From Candidatus Krumholzibacteriota bacterium (GTDB lineage Bacteria > Krumholzibacteriota > Krumholzibacteriia > JAJRXK01): a stretch of 64,000 nucleotides of DNA. This document shows, one piece after another, positions 1 to 9,853 of this stretch. The position numbers and the translations under genes are program-made. The DNA is taken from the NCBI GenBank assembly GCA_963727455.1, contig CAVSGG010000009.1, forward strand, positions 288,001-352,000. The letters run 5' to 3'. Position 1 is the stretch's first letter. Each line of letters begins with the position of its first letter. The notes beneath the pieces were generated by a model. The model was not told the DNA's origin. It was given only the letters and a program-made list of their open reading frames with translations, and did no database searches.

Positions 1-512
1 CCCAGCTCCTTGGCGCGGCGCTTGGCTTCCTCTTCACTCAAGAAGGGACCGATGGGTTTGGTGGGCGTGTTGAAGGCCTCATCGTTTTCGTCTACCAGGA
101 CTTGCGTGACCACAGTGACCACGTAGCGTCCGATATCGCGACTCCTCAGCTGGTTGAGAAGCGCCTGTTGCAAAATGTACCCCAGCGAACCCTCGGTCTG
201 CGCGACAAGTACGTCCAAGGGCATCGGGGCTACCTCGGGCTGCGCGGCCTCTTGTTGGATGAGAAGAGATCCGACCTGGGGTCCGTTTCCATGAGTGATC
301 ACCAGCTCGTATCCGCGCTCCACCAGGGTCATCAACTTGTCACAGAGAGCGAAGGCGCAGCGCTCATGCTCCTCGATCGTTCCCTTCCCTCCAGCTTCCA
401 TGAATGCGTGTCCCCCCACCGCGACGAGGGCGATCGGACGACCGCGTTCCGACGATTCGCTCTTGGCGAAGCGGACGCTCTGCTGCGTATCTTTTGAGTA
501 GTGATCTTCCAT
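1..512 (-). CDS. arcC: Carbamate kinase (5' part; runs off window start)
   Basis: Not in the ORF track; manual translation gives MEDHY...IALVAVGGHAF...LVITHGNGPQVG...MPLDVLVAQTEGSLGY...VVTQVLVD...PTKPIGPF. GGAGG SD upstream of ATG at 512. Confidence 0.92.
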   Translation of the reverse strand, partial: MEDHYSKDTQQSVRFAKSESSERGRPIALVAVGGHAFMEAGGKGTIEEHERCAFALCDKLMTLVERGYELVITHGNGPQVGSLLIQQEAAQPEVAPMPLDVLVAQTEGSLGYILQQALLNQLRSRDIGRYVVTVVTQVLVDENDEAFNTPTKPIGPFLSEEEAKRRAKEL

Positions 513-683
513 GTCTATCCGCCTCCAGGGGCCCCAGGGAGAGGTCAGAGAGTGTAGCGTCTATCCCACCGGGGATGAAAGCCCAAGTATGGGCGCGAAT
601 TTTGGCAAGCCAAGGAGCTTGCCTCGAGCGCTCGATTGCTCTTTCATGGCATTGGTGTCCTCATTCGCAGCGAGAAACACAAG

Positions 684-1805
684 ATGAGCTCCGATTTGCA
701 ACTGGCCGAACTCCTTTCCCGACAGACGGTGAACGCCGCTGCCGCGCTGGTGGAACCGCTCGAGGGCGGCCGCCTGCGCTGCCTGGCCTGCGGTCATCGC
801 TGTCGCCTAGCCAAGAGTCGTGCTGGAGTCTGCCGCGTGCGCTTTCTCCAGAACGGCGAGCTGCGCGTCCCCTATGGCTATGTGCATGCACTCGCGCTCG
901 ACCCCATCGAAAAGAAGCCCTTCTACCACGTTCTGCCCGGCGAAACAGCCCTGAGTTTCGGCATGCTGGGCTGCGACCTCCACTGTGGCTACTGTCAGAA
1001 CTGGATCAGCTCGCAGACCCTGCGCGACGAGAACGCGGTGGCCAGTTTTCAGACGTGCACTCCGGAGGAAATCGTGGATGCGGCCCGGCGGGCCAACAGC
1101 CGCGTGCTGATCAGCACCTACAACGAGCCACTGATCACGGCCGAGTGGGCGGCCGCTGTGTTCGACCGGTCAAAAGAAGCGGGTATGCTCACAGGCTTCG
1201 TGAGCAACGGGAATGCCACGCCAGAGGTACTCGACTTCTTGCGTCCCCGACTCGATCTTTACAAAGTCGACCTCAAAAGTTTTCGCGATGCGAACTATCG
1301 CCAGCTCGGCGGCACCTTGAAGGCAGTGCTCACTACGCTGGAGAGTTTAAAGACGAGGGGATTCTGGGTCGAGGTGGTTACCCTGCTTGTTCCGCAGTTC
1401 AACGATGATGAAGAGGAGATCCGCGAGATGGCGCGTTTCTTGGCCGCTCTCGACCGCGACCTCCCCTGGCATCTAACCGCGTTCCATCCCGACTATCGTA
1501 TGAACGACCGCGCATCAACTTCCTACGAACTCCTGGACCGCGCCTATCAGATCGCGCGCGCGGAAGGCCTTCGCTACGTGTACCTCGGCAACCTGGGCTC
1601 GGCCCAAGACGATCGAGAATCGACCCTTTGCCCGAGTTGTGGAACCAACCTTGTCTCGCGCCGCGGATTTCGGGTACTGAAGAGGACCCTGGCTTCGGCT
1701 GGCGGCAAAGAGAGTTCTTGCCCCGGCTGTGGGCAGGAGATTCCCGGGGTTTGGAACTGGCCGGCAATCGAAGGAAGCCAAGCCGGCGGCTTCGCGTTAC
1801 ACTAG
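684..1805 (+). CDS. amrS: AmmeMemoRadiSam system radical SAM enzyme
   Basis: N-terminal CxxCxHxC...CxxR, LDPIEKKPFYH, CxxxCxxC (GCDLHCGYCQN), TYNEP, YVYLGN, C-terminal CPxC pairs. Confidence 0.9.
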   Translation: MSSDLQLAELLSRQTVNAAAALVEPLEGGRLRCLACGHRCRLAKSRAGVCRVRFLQNGELRVPYGYVHALALDPIEKKPFYHVLPGETALSFGMLGCDLHCGYCQNWISSQTLRDENAVASFQTCTPEEIVDAARRANSRVLISTYNEPLITAEWAAAVFDRSKEAGMLTGFVSNGNATPEVLDFLRPRLDLYKVDLKSFRDANYRQLGGTLKAVLTTLESLKTRGFWVEVVTLLVPQFNDDEEEIREMARFLAALDRDLPWHLTAFHPDYRMNDRASTSYELLDRAYQIARAEGLRYVYLGNLGSAQDDRESTLCPSCGTNLVSRRGFRVLKRTLASAGGKESSCPGCGQEIPGVWNWPAIEGSQAGGFALH

Positions 1806-1860
1806 ACAGGCGAGCCCGAAGAAGGCTCGGGTAAGATTCCCTGACTCTCAAAGGAAGGCC

Positions 1861-2421
1861 ATGAGCACCGAGGCACAGATTCCCATCCATGTCCAGGGAA
1901 CCCCCAACCCCCGCAGCATGAAGTTTCTCACCGAGCGCACACTTTTGCCCACCGGAAGTGCGGACTTTCGCGATCCCCAATCGGCGTTGCGCTCCCCTCT
2001 GGCCCAGAGAGTCTTCGACATTGATGGAGTCGAAGGGGTGTTCGTGAGCCAGAACCTGGTCACCGTCACCGCGAATGCAGACGGTCTATGGGAAGAGATG
2101 ACTCCCAGAGTTTCCGAAGCGATTCGGGACTTCCTGCGCTCGGGCGAACCGGCGGTTCCCGGCGGACACGACGGGCACGCCGCAGGCGAAGGAGCGATCG
2201 TCGGCCGCATCAAGGAGATCCTGGACGATCAGATTCGTCCCGCGGTCGCCATGGATGGCGGCGACGTGGTCTTCGTGGATTATCGCGACGGCGTCGTATA
2301 CTTGAAGATGCAGGGGGCATGTGGTGGCTGCCCGAGTTCCACCATGACGCTCAAGCAAGGCATCGAGGCGCGGCTGCGTCATTTCATTCCCGAAATCAGC
2401 TCGGTGGAAGCCGTTCTCTAG
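1861..2421 (+). CDS. NifU/NFU1-like Fe-S cluster carrier (Nfu N-terminal + NifU C-terminal domains)
   Basis: TPNPRSMKF, SPLAQRVF, IRPAVAMDGGD, GACGGCPSSTMTLKQGIE. Confidence 0.9.
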   Translation: MSTEAQIPIHVQGTPNPRSMKFLTERTLLPTGSADFRDPQSALRSPLAQRVFDIDGVEGVFVSQNLVTVTANADGLWEEMTPRVSEAIRDFLRSGEPAVPGGHDGHAAGEGAIVGRIKEILDDQIRPAVAMDGGDVVFVDYRDGVVYLKMQGACGGCPSSTMTLKQGIEARLRHFIPEISSVEAVL

Positions 2422-2466
2422 GAAAGGGTGCACATGCTCGGCCCGGTGTCGAGGCTCTGAAGCCAC

Positions 2467-3306
2467 ATGCGTCAAACCAGCGGCTCCATCGTCTGTCCCT
2501 CCTGCGGCAAGCTCATCGATGTCAATGAAGAGCGGTGCCCCTTCTGTGGCCGCTGGCAGCCGGGGATGTTCGGGTACGCCACCAGCCTCTCCCACTTCGC
2601 AGAGTCCTTGGATCCCACCGCGGGGATCACCTGGTTCTGCATCCTGCTCTATCTCATTTCCCTCGCGCTGGATCCTCGTGCAGCGCTGTCCTCCCACGGG
2701 GGATTCCTTGAGATCCTGTCACCCTCGGGTCGCTCCTTGCTCATGCTGGGGATGACTTCGGGCGCGGCAGCGAGCCACGGCCACTGGTACACCGTACTCT
2801 CGGCCACCTTTTTGCACGGCGGTCTGCTCCACATCGGCTTCAATCTGCTGTGGATCCGGAGCATCGGTCCGACCATCGAGGACGGCTACGGCCCGGCCCG
2901 CTACTTCGTGATCTTCATGGTGGCCTCGATCGGCGGCTTTCTGGTCTCCGATATAATCAGCGGCGCGCCCACCGTCGGCGCTTCGGGGGGGATCTTCGGT
3001 CTTCTGGCCGCGACCGTGCTCTACGGACGCGCGCACGGGGGCCACCTGGGCGACGCCATCACCCGTCAGGCCCTATTGTGGGCCGGCATCCTGCTCGTCT
3101 TGGGATTCATGGGTTCCCGCACGAACAACCTGGCGCACTTGGGCGGCTTCGCCTTCGGATACGTCACCGCACGCTATTTCTTGCCCGAGGCCGATCGACG
3201 CGAAGGACTCGGCGTGGTGCTCACCGCCCTCGCGCTCGCGGCGGGGTCGGTCCTCGCGGTCGTCTTCTCCCTCATCACCTTCGCCCCCTACTTCATGAAG
3301 GGCTGA
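2467..3306 (+). CDS. Rhomboid intramembrane serine protease with N-terminal zinc ribbon
   Basis: CPSCG...CPFCG; FLHGGLLHIGFN, GASGG, AHLGG motifs. Confidence 0.9.
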   Translation: MRQTSGSIVCPSCGKLIDVNEERCPFCGRWQPGMFGYATSLSHFAESLDPTAGITWFCILLYLISLALDPRAALSSHGGFLEILSPSGRSLLMLGMTSGAAASHGHWYTVLSATFLHGGLLHIGFNLLWIRSIGPTIEDGYGPARYFVIFMVASIGGFLVSDIISGAPTVGASGGIFGLLAATVLYGRAHGGHLGDAITRQALLWAGILLVLGFMGSRTNNLAHLGGFAFGYVTARYFLPEADRREGLGVVLTALALAAGSVLAVVFSLITFAPYFMKG

Positions 3307-4713
3307 TCACCACAAGTCCCTGCGTCCCAGCTCGAGTTTTCCCCAACTCCGGTACCCCAGATAGGCTGTGAGGGCTCCCAGTCCGCAGAGCAGGAGTACG
3401 ATCGAGAGCCAGGCTCCCCACCCGGAGAAGCCCACTGAAGACCGAAGGGCAAGCCCCGCGCACCCACCCACGATCAACAAGAGCAGGCTCAGAATCAGAG
3501 CGGGTAACTTGTCACCGTTGAAACGCAGGAACCATGGAGAGAATCCGATTCCCAAGAGAGTGGTGCCGAGAGAGAGCAAAAAGAGATAGGGAATCGAATT
3601 CCACGACACGGTGGCGAACAGGCCCAGCATTCGCAGAGCCACGGTTCCCAGACAGAGAAAGCACCAACTCGAGAAGATGTCGAAAGAGGAAGCGTATCCG
3701 AGTTCGCGCACGAAGCGCTCGCGCGCGACCGGAAAGAGGGCTTCGCGTTCCAAGTAAGTACGCCGGCGTTGTGAATGCCCATAGCGGTTGAAGGGAAGCA
3801 TGACGAGATAGATGAACATCAAACCGGTCTCGGCGTGCGAATGCCGCTCCTTGTATATCAAGAAGAACATTCCCATCAGGGCCATCAACAGCGCCATGGA
3901 GAGTCCGCTCACCATGGGAGAGCGAGGTCCCATACCGCGACGCCAGTGTGCGATGCGCCGGAGTACCCCCGCCCGATACACGCTGAGACGTGGCTGGAGG
4001 GAGTAACGTCCAAACCAGGGCAGGAGATTCTGAAAGAGCGCGATGAAGGGCGTATCGGAATCGGGACTCGACCCGCTGCGCCAGCAGATCGAGGGATCGA
4101 AGCGGTATTCGAAGCTGCTCTCGCTCAGACGCAACATCCTGCGCATGGTGAAGGCGCTGAGAGCCAATGAGAACACGATCGCCAAGAGGCAATAGGCCGT
4201 ACCACTCCCGCTGATCTTGAGCCAGGCATTCCAGTTGTCTTCCCGCGGAAGCTCGGTGAGCGTCGAAACCATGAAGAAAAGTGAGGGACCGAAGAGCATG
4301 AGAAGGTTCCCGTGCTCGATGAAATAAGGCCAGCTCCAGTAGATACTGAAAACGAGCAGCACGAGCGCGAGCGAGGCCACGAGGCTGAGACCGGCGAGAA
4401 GAGCCCCAACGATCGCGAACACGAGCGGCGGAGACACCACGATCAGTGCCACTCTCAGTTGGACCATCCCGTAGTGGGGGGCCAGGCTTCCCTCGGGCCG
4501 GGCCAGAACCTGCTTCAGATGCCCGCTGACGAGCCCCGCCCACAGCATGAGCAGCATGCTCGTGATCAACAAACCGGCTTCGCCCGCCCACTCCCTGCCC
4601 TTGAGATGTCCCTCCACCGCGATTGCCAAAAGAACCACGGAGAGCAAGAGTGAAAGTGGAAAGCGCACGCGCCGCGGATAATCGCGGATGGCCGCGCCGG
4701 AGGCACTAGTCAT
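3307..4713 (-). CDS. Polytopic membrane protein, probable ABC exporter permease
   Basis: About 12 hydrophobic segments; translationally coupled downstream of an ABC ATPase in a YtrA-type operon. Confidence 0.65.
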   Translation of the reverse strand: MTSASGAAIRDYPRRVRFPLSLLLSVVLLAIAVEGHLKGREWAGEAGLLITSMLLMLWAGLVSGHLKQVLARPEGSLAPHYGMVQLRVALIVVSPPLVFAIVGALLAGLSLVASLALVLLVFSIYWSWPYFIEHGNLLMLFGPSLFFMVSTLTELPREDNWNAWLKISGSGTAYCLLAIVFSLALSAFTMRRMLRLSESSFEYRFDPSICWRSGSSPDSDTPFIALFQNLLPWFGRYSLQPRLSVYRAGVLRRIAHWRRGMGPRSPMVSGLSMALLMALMGMFFLIYKERHSHAETGLMFIYLVMLPFNRYGHSQRRRTYLEREALFPVARERFVRELGYASSFDIFSSWCFLCLGTVALRMLGLFATVSWNSIPYLFLLSLGTTLLGIGFSPWFLRFNGDKLPALILSLLLLIVGGCAGLALRSSVGFSGWGAWLSIVLLLCGLGALTAYLGYRSWGKLELGRRDLW

Positions 4714-5587
4714 GGCTCATCTCCAGGAAGATGTCCTCCAGATTCAATTCCTGCACCTGGACTTGGGCGGCGAAGCGCCGTTCCAGTTCCTTTGCCAACG
4801 ATCCGTTCTCGCAAATCACGCTGATCACTGCCTCGCGGCCCTGTACTTTCGAATGCAGGAGCCCGGGAATGTCCAGGTCGCGTGGCAACTCGGAAGTGGA
4901 CACGATCCGCATTCTCTTCACGCTGTCCTTCAACGAGTCGAGATCATCGTCGTACACGATTCTGCCCTCGCGCAAGATGGCCACCCGATCCGCCACGCGT
5001 TCGAGATCACTCAGGATGTGGGTCGAGAAGATGACGGTGCGCTCTCCCTCGCTCACCACCTCCAGAACCAGCTCGAGAAAGGCCCGCCGCGCGGCGGGAT
5101 CCAGACTTGCGGCGGGCTCATCCAGGATCAAGAGCTCCGGAAGATTCCCCAGAGCCGCGAGAAGTCCCAGCTTTTGCCGCTGTCCCACCGAGAGATCCTT
5201 GCTCAGGGTGTCCGAATCGAGTTCCCACTTGCGAAGCAGTTCGTCGATGAACAGCGCGTCCCAGTGGGGGTAGAACGCGGCGATGTAGTCGAGAACCTCT
5301 CGCGGCGTCATCCAGGGATAAGGGTGATACTCCTGTGGCACATAACCGATCCGCGACTTGGTTTCGTCGGACAGCTCCCAGGGATCCTCCCCCAGCAGCT
5401 CGATCTGTCCGTGGTCCGCGCGGAGAAGTCCCAGCGCCAGCTTGAGTAGCGTGGTCTTCCCCGCCGCGTTCCGTCCCAAGAGGCCGACCACCGAGCCGCG
5501 GGGGACACTCCAGTCCACCCCGTTGAGCACTCGCTTCTCGCCGAAGCGCTTCTCCACCGCCTGAGTTCGCAAAACGGTTTCACTCAT
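4706..5587 (-). CDS. ABC transporter ATP-binding protein (YtrB/CcmA-like)
   Basis: GRNAAGKTT, LSVGQRQK, LILDEP, STH. Confidence 0.93.
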   Translation of the reverse strand: MSETVLRTQAVEKRFGEKRVLNGVDWSVPRGSVVGLLGRNAAGKTTLLKLALGLLRADHGQIELLGEDPWELSDETKSRIGYVPQEYHPYPWMTPREVLDYIAAFYPHWDALFIDELLRKWELDSDTLSKDLSVGQRQKLGLLAALGNLPELLILDEPAASLDPAARRAFLELVLEVVSEGERTVIFSTHILSDLERVADRVAILREGRIVYDDDLDSLKDSVKRMRIVSTSELPRDLDIPGLLHSKVQGREAVISVICENGSLAKELERRFAAQVQVQELNLEDIFLEMSHD

Positions 5588-5981
5588 GGTCCAGGTCCTC
5601 CAGCAGGGGTTCGATGAGACTCAACAATTGCGATCGCGAAAGTCCGGCCTTTTTGGCCAAGTCCACCGATTCTCGCAAAAGGGGCAAGAGTTCGTGGCGC
5701 AGCCTGGCCTGCCACTCTTGGTCGGGATCCTCGGGCACTCGCATGCCCAGTCCCGCCACGCGCTCCAGAGTTCCCTCTTCATGCAGACGCGAGTAGGCCT
5801 TGGAGACGGTCATAGGATTGATCGAAAGCTCACGGGCGAGCTGGCGTACCGAGGGCAGCATGGTCCCCGCGGCCAAACGGCCGGAGAAGAGCTCGAGACG
5901 CAACTGGTCCATGAGCTGGCGGTACAGCGGTATCCCTGAGCTGGGCTCCAGGAGAAATGCGAGTGGTGGTTGAGCAGACAT
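5580..5981 (-). CDS. GntR family regulator, YtrA subfamily
   Basis: PLYRQL...LPSVRQLARELSINPMTVSKAY, short C-terminus, precedes ABC genes. Confidence 0.9.
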   Translation of the reverse strand: MSAQPPLAFLLEPSSGIPLYRQLMDQLRLELFSGRLAAGTMLPSVRQLARELSINPMTVSKAYSRLHEEGTLERVAGLGMRVPEDPDQEWQARLRHELLPLLRESVDLAKKAGLSRSQLLSLIEPLLEDLDHE

Positions 5982-5984
5982 GGG

Positions 5985-6005
5985 TGTATTACGGACTGTA
6001 ATACA
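5985..6005. promoter_or_regulatory. YtrA/GntR operator palindrome TGTATTAC-N5-GTAATACA
   Basis: Perfect 8-bp inverted repeat 3 nt upstream of the GntR ATG; resembles YtrA-family operators. Confidence 0.8.
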
Positions 6006-6129
6006 GTTGGGTTGCGAGAGAAATGCGGAATTTGACTGGCGAACCCAAATTCTCCGCGAACCCTTCTCCCAGGCCGGATCTCGGGTTAAAATGGCAGTTT
6101 TCCGGCGGAATTCAGCGAGGGAGGCCCCC

Positions 6130-6798
6130 GTGAACAGACCAGGTTTCGTGCCCTACCAAGCGCCGCGCCTCAGCCTGCAGGAGTCTCTGGCTCGCGGGCG
6201 CGCCTTCTACGACGAGATGAACAAGCGCCGCAGCGTCCGGCAGTTCAGCGACGATCCCGTTCCCCGCGAGTTGATCGAGCTGGCAATCCGCAGCGCATCC
6301 ACCGCGCCCAGTGGGGCCCATCGTCAGCCCTGGAAATTCGTGGCAATCGAGGATCCGCTTCTGCAGCGCGAAATCCGATTGGCGGCCGAGAAGGAGGAGT
6401 ACGCCTCGTACGAGAAGGGCCGGATGCCCGAGGAGTGGATCGAGGCGGTACGTCCCTTGGGGACCAATTGGCAGAAGCCCTACCTGGAGGTGGTTCCCTG
6501 GCTGGTCGTGGTCTTCGCGGAGAGCTACTCGCTCACGCACGAGGGCACCAAGCAGAAGAACTACTACGTGAGCGAGAGCGTGGGACTGGCCTGTGGGCTC
6601 TTCCTCACCGCACTGCACCGGATGGGGCTCGCCACGCTCACCCACACCCCCAGTCCCATGGGCTTTCTCAGCGAAATCCTGCAGCGACCACGCAATGAGA
6701 AGCCCTACATCCTCTTCCCGGTGGGCTATCCCGCCGCAGCTTGCGAGGTTCCGGATCTTCAGCGCAAGAGCCTGGACGCGGTGGCCCTCTTCCGCTAG
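6130..6798 (+). CDS. Iodotyrosine deiodinase-like nitroreductase family flavoprotein
   Basis: RRSVRQF, APSGAHRQPW, EKEEYASY, KPYLE, THTPSPM; GAGGGAGG SD before GTG at 6130. Confidence 0.85.
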   Translation: MNRPGFVPYQAPRLSLQESLARGRAFYDEMNKRRSVRQFSDDPVPRELIELAIRSASTAPSGAHRQPWKFVAIEDPLLQREIRLAAEKEEYASYEKGRMPEEWIEAVRPLGTNWQKPYLEVVPWLVVVFAESYSLTHEGTKQKNYYVSESVGLACGLFLTALHRMGLATLTHTPSPMGFLSEILQRPRNEKPYILFPVGYPAAACEVPDLQRKSLDAVALFR

Positions 6799-7748
6799 CG
6801 CTTCTCGGGTTCCGCTTCGTCCCGGGGCCTGCCCTCTCGATTCTCGAGGGAAGCCTGGTTCACCAACTGCGCGAGAACCGGTCCACTCGCCTCCCCGAAG
6901 TAGATCGAGCGGTGCGGGAAGGGGATCTCGATGCCGGCCTTGTCGAAGGCATGCTTGATGCGGCGCCTGAATTCGCGTCCGACTTCCCATTGTTTGATCG
7001 GACGGGTGCGCAGGCGGCCTTTGATCACCACGGCCGAGTCGGCGAAGTTGTCCACTCCGAAGACTTCGAGATCCGCCACCATGAGCGGGCCGTAGTGCGA
7101 ATCCTCTTTCAGCTCGGCGCCGACCTTCTTGATCAGCTCGATGACCTCGTCCACATCCTCCTTATAGGCCACTCCGATATCGTAGACATAGGCTGACCAT
7201 TCGCGGGTCATGTTCGACATGGTGTTGACCGTACCATTGGGAAAGACGTGCACCGTGCCGGAAAGATCGCGCAAGATGATCGTGCGAAAGTTGATCTGCT
7301 CCACCAGCCCGCCGGTGCCATTGATGATGGCAACGTCTCCCACGCGGACCTGATTCTCAAGAATCATGAAGAAACCGGCAATGATATCGCGCACGAGATT
7401 CTGGGCCCCGAAGCCGACAGCGACACCCGCAACGCCCGCACTGGCCAGGATGGGACCGATCTCCACCCCGAATTGCCGAAGAACCACCAGCCCCGCCACG
7501 ACCCAGAGCATGATGAGCACCGCTTGGCGCAACAGTCGGACCAGGGTTTCCGCGCGCTTTTCCGCCTCATTGGGCACGTCCCCCGTTTCCTTGCCCCGGC
7601 GCACCAGGTTCTCCTCAAGACGCCGCAGCCCCATTTTCACCAAACTCATGGCGATCCAGAACACCACCAGAACGAGCAGGACCCGCAGAGCGCCCAGGAT
7701 CACCTCTTCCCAACTGATATTCCCGATGAGGTTGGAGATCAAATGCAT
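6795..7748 (-). CDS. Small-conductance mechanosensitive channel (MscS/YbiO-like)
   Basis: AGVAGVAVGFGAQNLVRD, ENQVRVGD, GIEIPFP. Confidence 0.92.
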   Translation of the reverse strand: MHLISNLIGNISWEEVILGALRVLLVLVVFWIAMSLVKMGLRRLEENLVRRGKETGDVPNEAEKRAETLVRLLRQAVLIMLWVVAGLVVLRQFGVEIGPILASAGVAGVAVGFGAQNLVRDIIAGFFMILENQVRVGDVAIINGTGGLVEQINFRTIILRDLSGTVHVFPNGTVNTMSNMTREWSAYVYDIGVAYKEDVDEVIELIKKVGAELKEDSHYGPLMVADLEVFGVDNFADSAVVIKGRLRTRPIKQWEVGREFRRRIKHAFDKAGIEIPFPHRSIYFGEASGPVLAQLVNQASLENREGRPRDEAEPEKR

Positions 7749-7893
7749 CCGCGCATCCTTTCCAGGGCTTCGAACCTTGCGAGTGAAGGGTAGAATTCGG
7801 ACCCGAGTCCGTTGAGGGACTGACTAGAAGGTACTATCTTGCCGCATAGCTTCAAGACCGAGGGAAGTCGAAGCTGAAGGAGGTTTCGATTCC

Positions 7894-9063
7894 ATGCGTT
7901 CGATACGGCGGGACTTCGCCCTCTTGGTTGCACTCTTCATTCTTTTCTCTCTGCCAATTCCCTGGCACGAACTCACTTCCGCAGCGCGCGCGGAGGGGCC
8001 CAAACAGCTCATGGACGCCATTCCGGTGAAGCCGACAAACGATTTGCGCGGGCTCGCCGACAATTTGGGCTACGCAACCACGGCCGAACAAATGGACTCG
8101 GTTCTCACTCAGAGCCAAGCCCTCGCCGCCCCGCGCACCAAAGAGCTCATGCACGAGAAAGGCTGGGATCCCAACACTCCCTTCGCCGCGGCAGTCTGTC
8201 CCCACGACGATTACTATTACGCGAGTCGGCTCTATGCGCTGATCGCCCCACACATACGCGCCAAGACCGTCATCCTCTTCGGCGTCTTCCACAAGGCGAG
8301 CGCCTTCAACATCAGCAACAAACTCGTCTTCGGTTCTTACAAAGCATGGAGAGGGCCCTATGGACCGGTGAGCGTCTCGCCGTTGAGGGAGGAGTTGATC
8401 TCGCGTTTGCCCGCCGATCAGTACGTCGTCAACAACGACATGCAGATGGTCGAGCACTCCGTGGAGGGAATTGTACCCTGGCTCCAGGCCTACGACCACG
8501 AGGTGGAGATCGTTCCGATTCTCGTGCCCTACATGGACTGGGAGACCATGGACCACATCTCGCAATCGGTGAGTAAGGCACTGACACAGATCATGAAGGA
8601 AAAGGGATGGAGCTTGGGCAAGGACCTCGTGATCCTCGCCTCCTCCGACGCAGTCCACTACGGTGACAGAGGATGGGGCGGGAACAACTTTGCCGAGTTT
8701 GGCACCGACATCCAGGGCTATGCCAAAGCCGTCGATCGCGATCGTACTCTGGCCGAGCAAGAACTCACGGGCCCTGTGGATCGAAAGAGGCTGAAGCAGT
8801 TCCTCTACACCTGTGTCGACGACAAGGACGTGTCCCAGTACAAGCTCAGCTGGTGCGGCCGTTTCTCGGTGCCCTTCGGCTTGGACGTGGCCTCTCGCGT
8901 GAGCGAGGCCCTCGACTCGCATCCCCTCACCGGCACTCTGCTCGACTACGGAACGAGCGTGGCGGAGGCCTCCCTCGATTTGGACGAGATCCTGGGACTG
9001 GGCGCGACCGCCCCCAACAACCTGCACCACTGGGTGGGCTACGTGGCGATCGGCTACCGCTGA
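7894..9063 (+). CDS. amrB: AmmeMemoRadiSam protein B / MEMO1-like protein with signal peptide
   Basis: PHDDYYY, GVFH, EHSVE, SSDAVHYG, WCG, WVGYVAIGY; hydrophobic N-terminal leader. Confidence 0.8.
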   Translation: MRSIRRDFALLVALFILFSLPIPWHELTSAARAEGPKQLMDAIPVKPTNDLRGLADNLGYATTAEQMDSVLTQSQALAAPRTKELMHEKGWDPNTPFAAAVCPHDDYYYASRLYALIAPHIRAKTVILFGVFHKASAFNISNKLVFGSYKAWRGPYGPVSVSPLREELISRLPADQYVVNNDMQMVEHSVEGIVPWLQAYDHEVEIVPILVPYMDWETMDHISQSVSKALTQIMKEKGWSLGKDLVILASSDAVHYGDRGWGGNNFAEFGTDIQGYAKAVDRDRTLAEQELTGPVDRKRLKQFLYTCVDDKDVSQYKLSWCGRFSVPFGLDVASRVSEALDSHPLTGTLLDYGTSVAEASLDLDEILGLGATAPNNLHHWVGYVAIGYR

Positions 9064-9087
9064 GCCCCACTGAGCCCTCGGCCTTGC

Positions 9088-9133
9088 ATAAGTGTCACCG
9101 GAACACTATTTAGTGGGTGTCATGTTGACCAAG
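9088..9133. promoter_or_regulatory. Tandem NrtR-binding sites (GT-N7-AC core)
   Basis: AGTGT-caccgga-ACACT (9091-9107) and GT-catgttg-AC (9119-9129) directly upstream of nrtR-nadA. Confidence 0.7.
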
Positions 9134-9154
9134 GCCGAGAAACCCAGTCTGGAG

Positions 9155-9844
9155 ATGCCGGCCGCGCGCCGGCTTCCTTCCTTCCCCCTGACGGTGGATA
9201 CGGTCATTTTGACCATCCTGGAGGGGGAACTGAAGGTGGTGCTGGTGAAGCGTCTCGACGAGCCCTTTGCCGGTCTTTGGGCCCTTCCCGGCGGTTTTGT
9301 CCACGAGAAGGAGAGCCTCGAGTCGGCGGCCCGGCGGGAATTGCGAGAGGCCACCGGAGCGCAGGACGTCTACCTGGAACAGCTGTACACCTTCGGCGAA
9401 CCCCAGCGTGACACGCGGGGACGAGTGGTGAGCGTGGCGTACGTCGCCCTGGTGGCGGCGGATCGCTGTCCCCTCACCCCACACCGGCTCGAAGCCGAGG
9501 CCCGCTGGTTCTCGGTCTACGAGTTGCCCGCGATGGCCTTCGACCATCGCGAGATGTTGGACACGGCCCTGTCGAGGGTGCGCACGAAACTGGAGTATAC
9601 CACTCTGGGTTTTCAGTTGATGCCCGCGACCTTCACTCTCAAAGAACTGCAGTCGAGCTACGAGATCGTGTTGCATCGTTCCCTGGACAAACGGAATTTT
9701 CGCCGCCGCCTGAAGCTCCTGGATTTGGTCGAAGCGGTTGGAGAGAAGCGAGCGGAGGGTCCGGGACGTCCAGCCATGCTCTATCGATTCAAGGATGTCG
9801 ATTTCCTCCATCTCCGTGAAAAGGGCTTCTTTTTGCCCTTCTGA
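9155..9844 (+). CDS. nrtR: NrtR Nudix-related NAD regulator (start may be 9122)
   Basis: WALPGGFV...AARRELREATG, LEQLYTF, MAFDH, C-terminal wHTH DKRNFRR...GRPAMLY; precedes nadA. Confidence 0.9.
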   Translation: MPAARRLPSFPLTVDTVILTILEGELKVVLVKRLDEPFAGLWALPGGFVHEKESLESAARRELREATGAQDVYLEQLYTFGEPQRDTRGRVVSVAYVALVAADRCPLTPHRLEAEARWFSVYELPAMAFDHREMLDTALSRVRTKLEYTTLGFQLMPATFTLKELQSSYEIVLHRSLDKRNFRRRLKLLDLVEAVGEKRAEGPGRPAMLYRFKDVDFLHLREKGFFLPF

Positions 9845-9853
9845 TGTCTCGAG

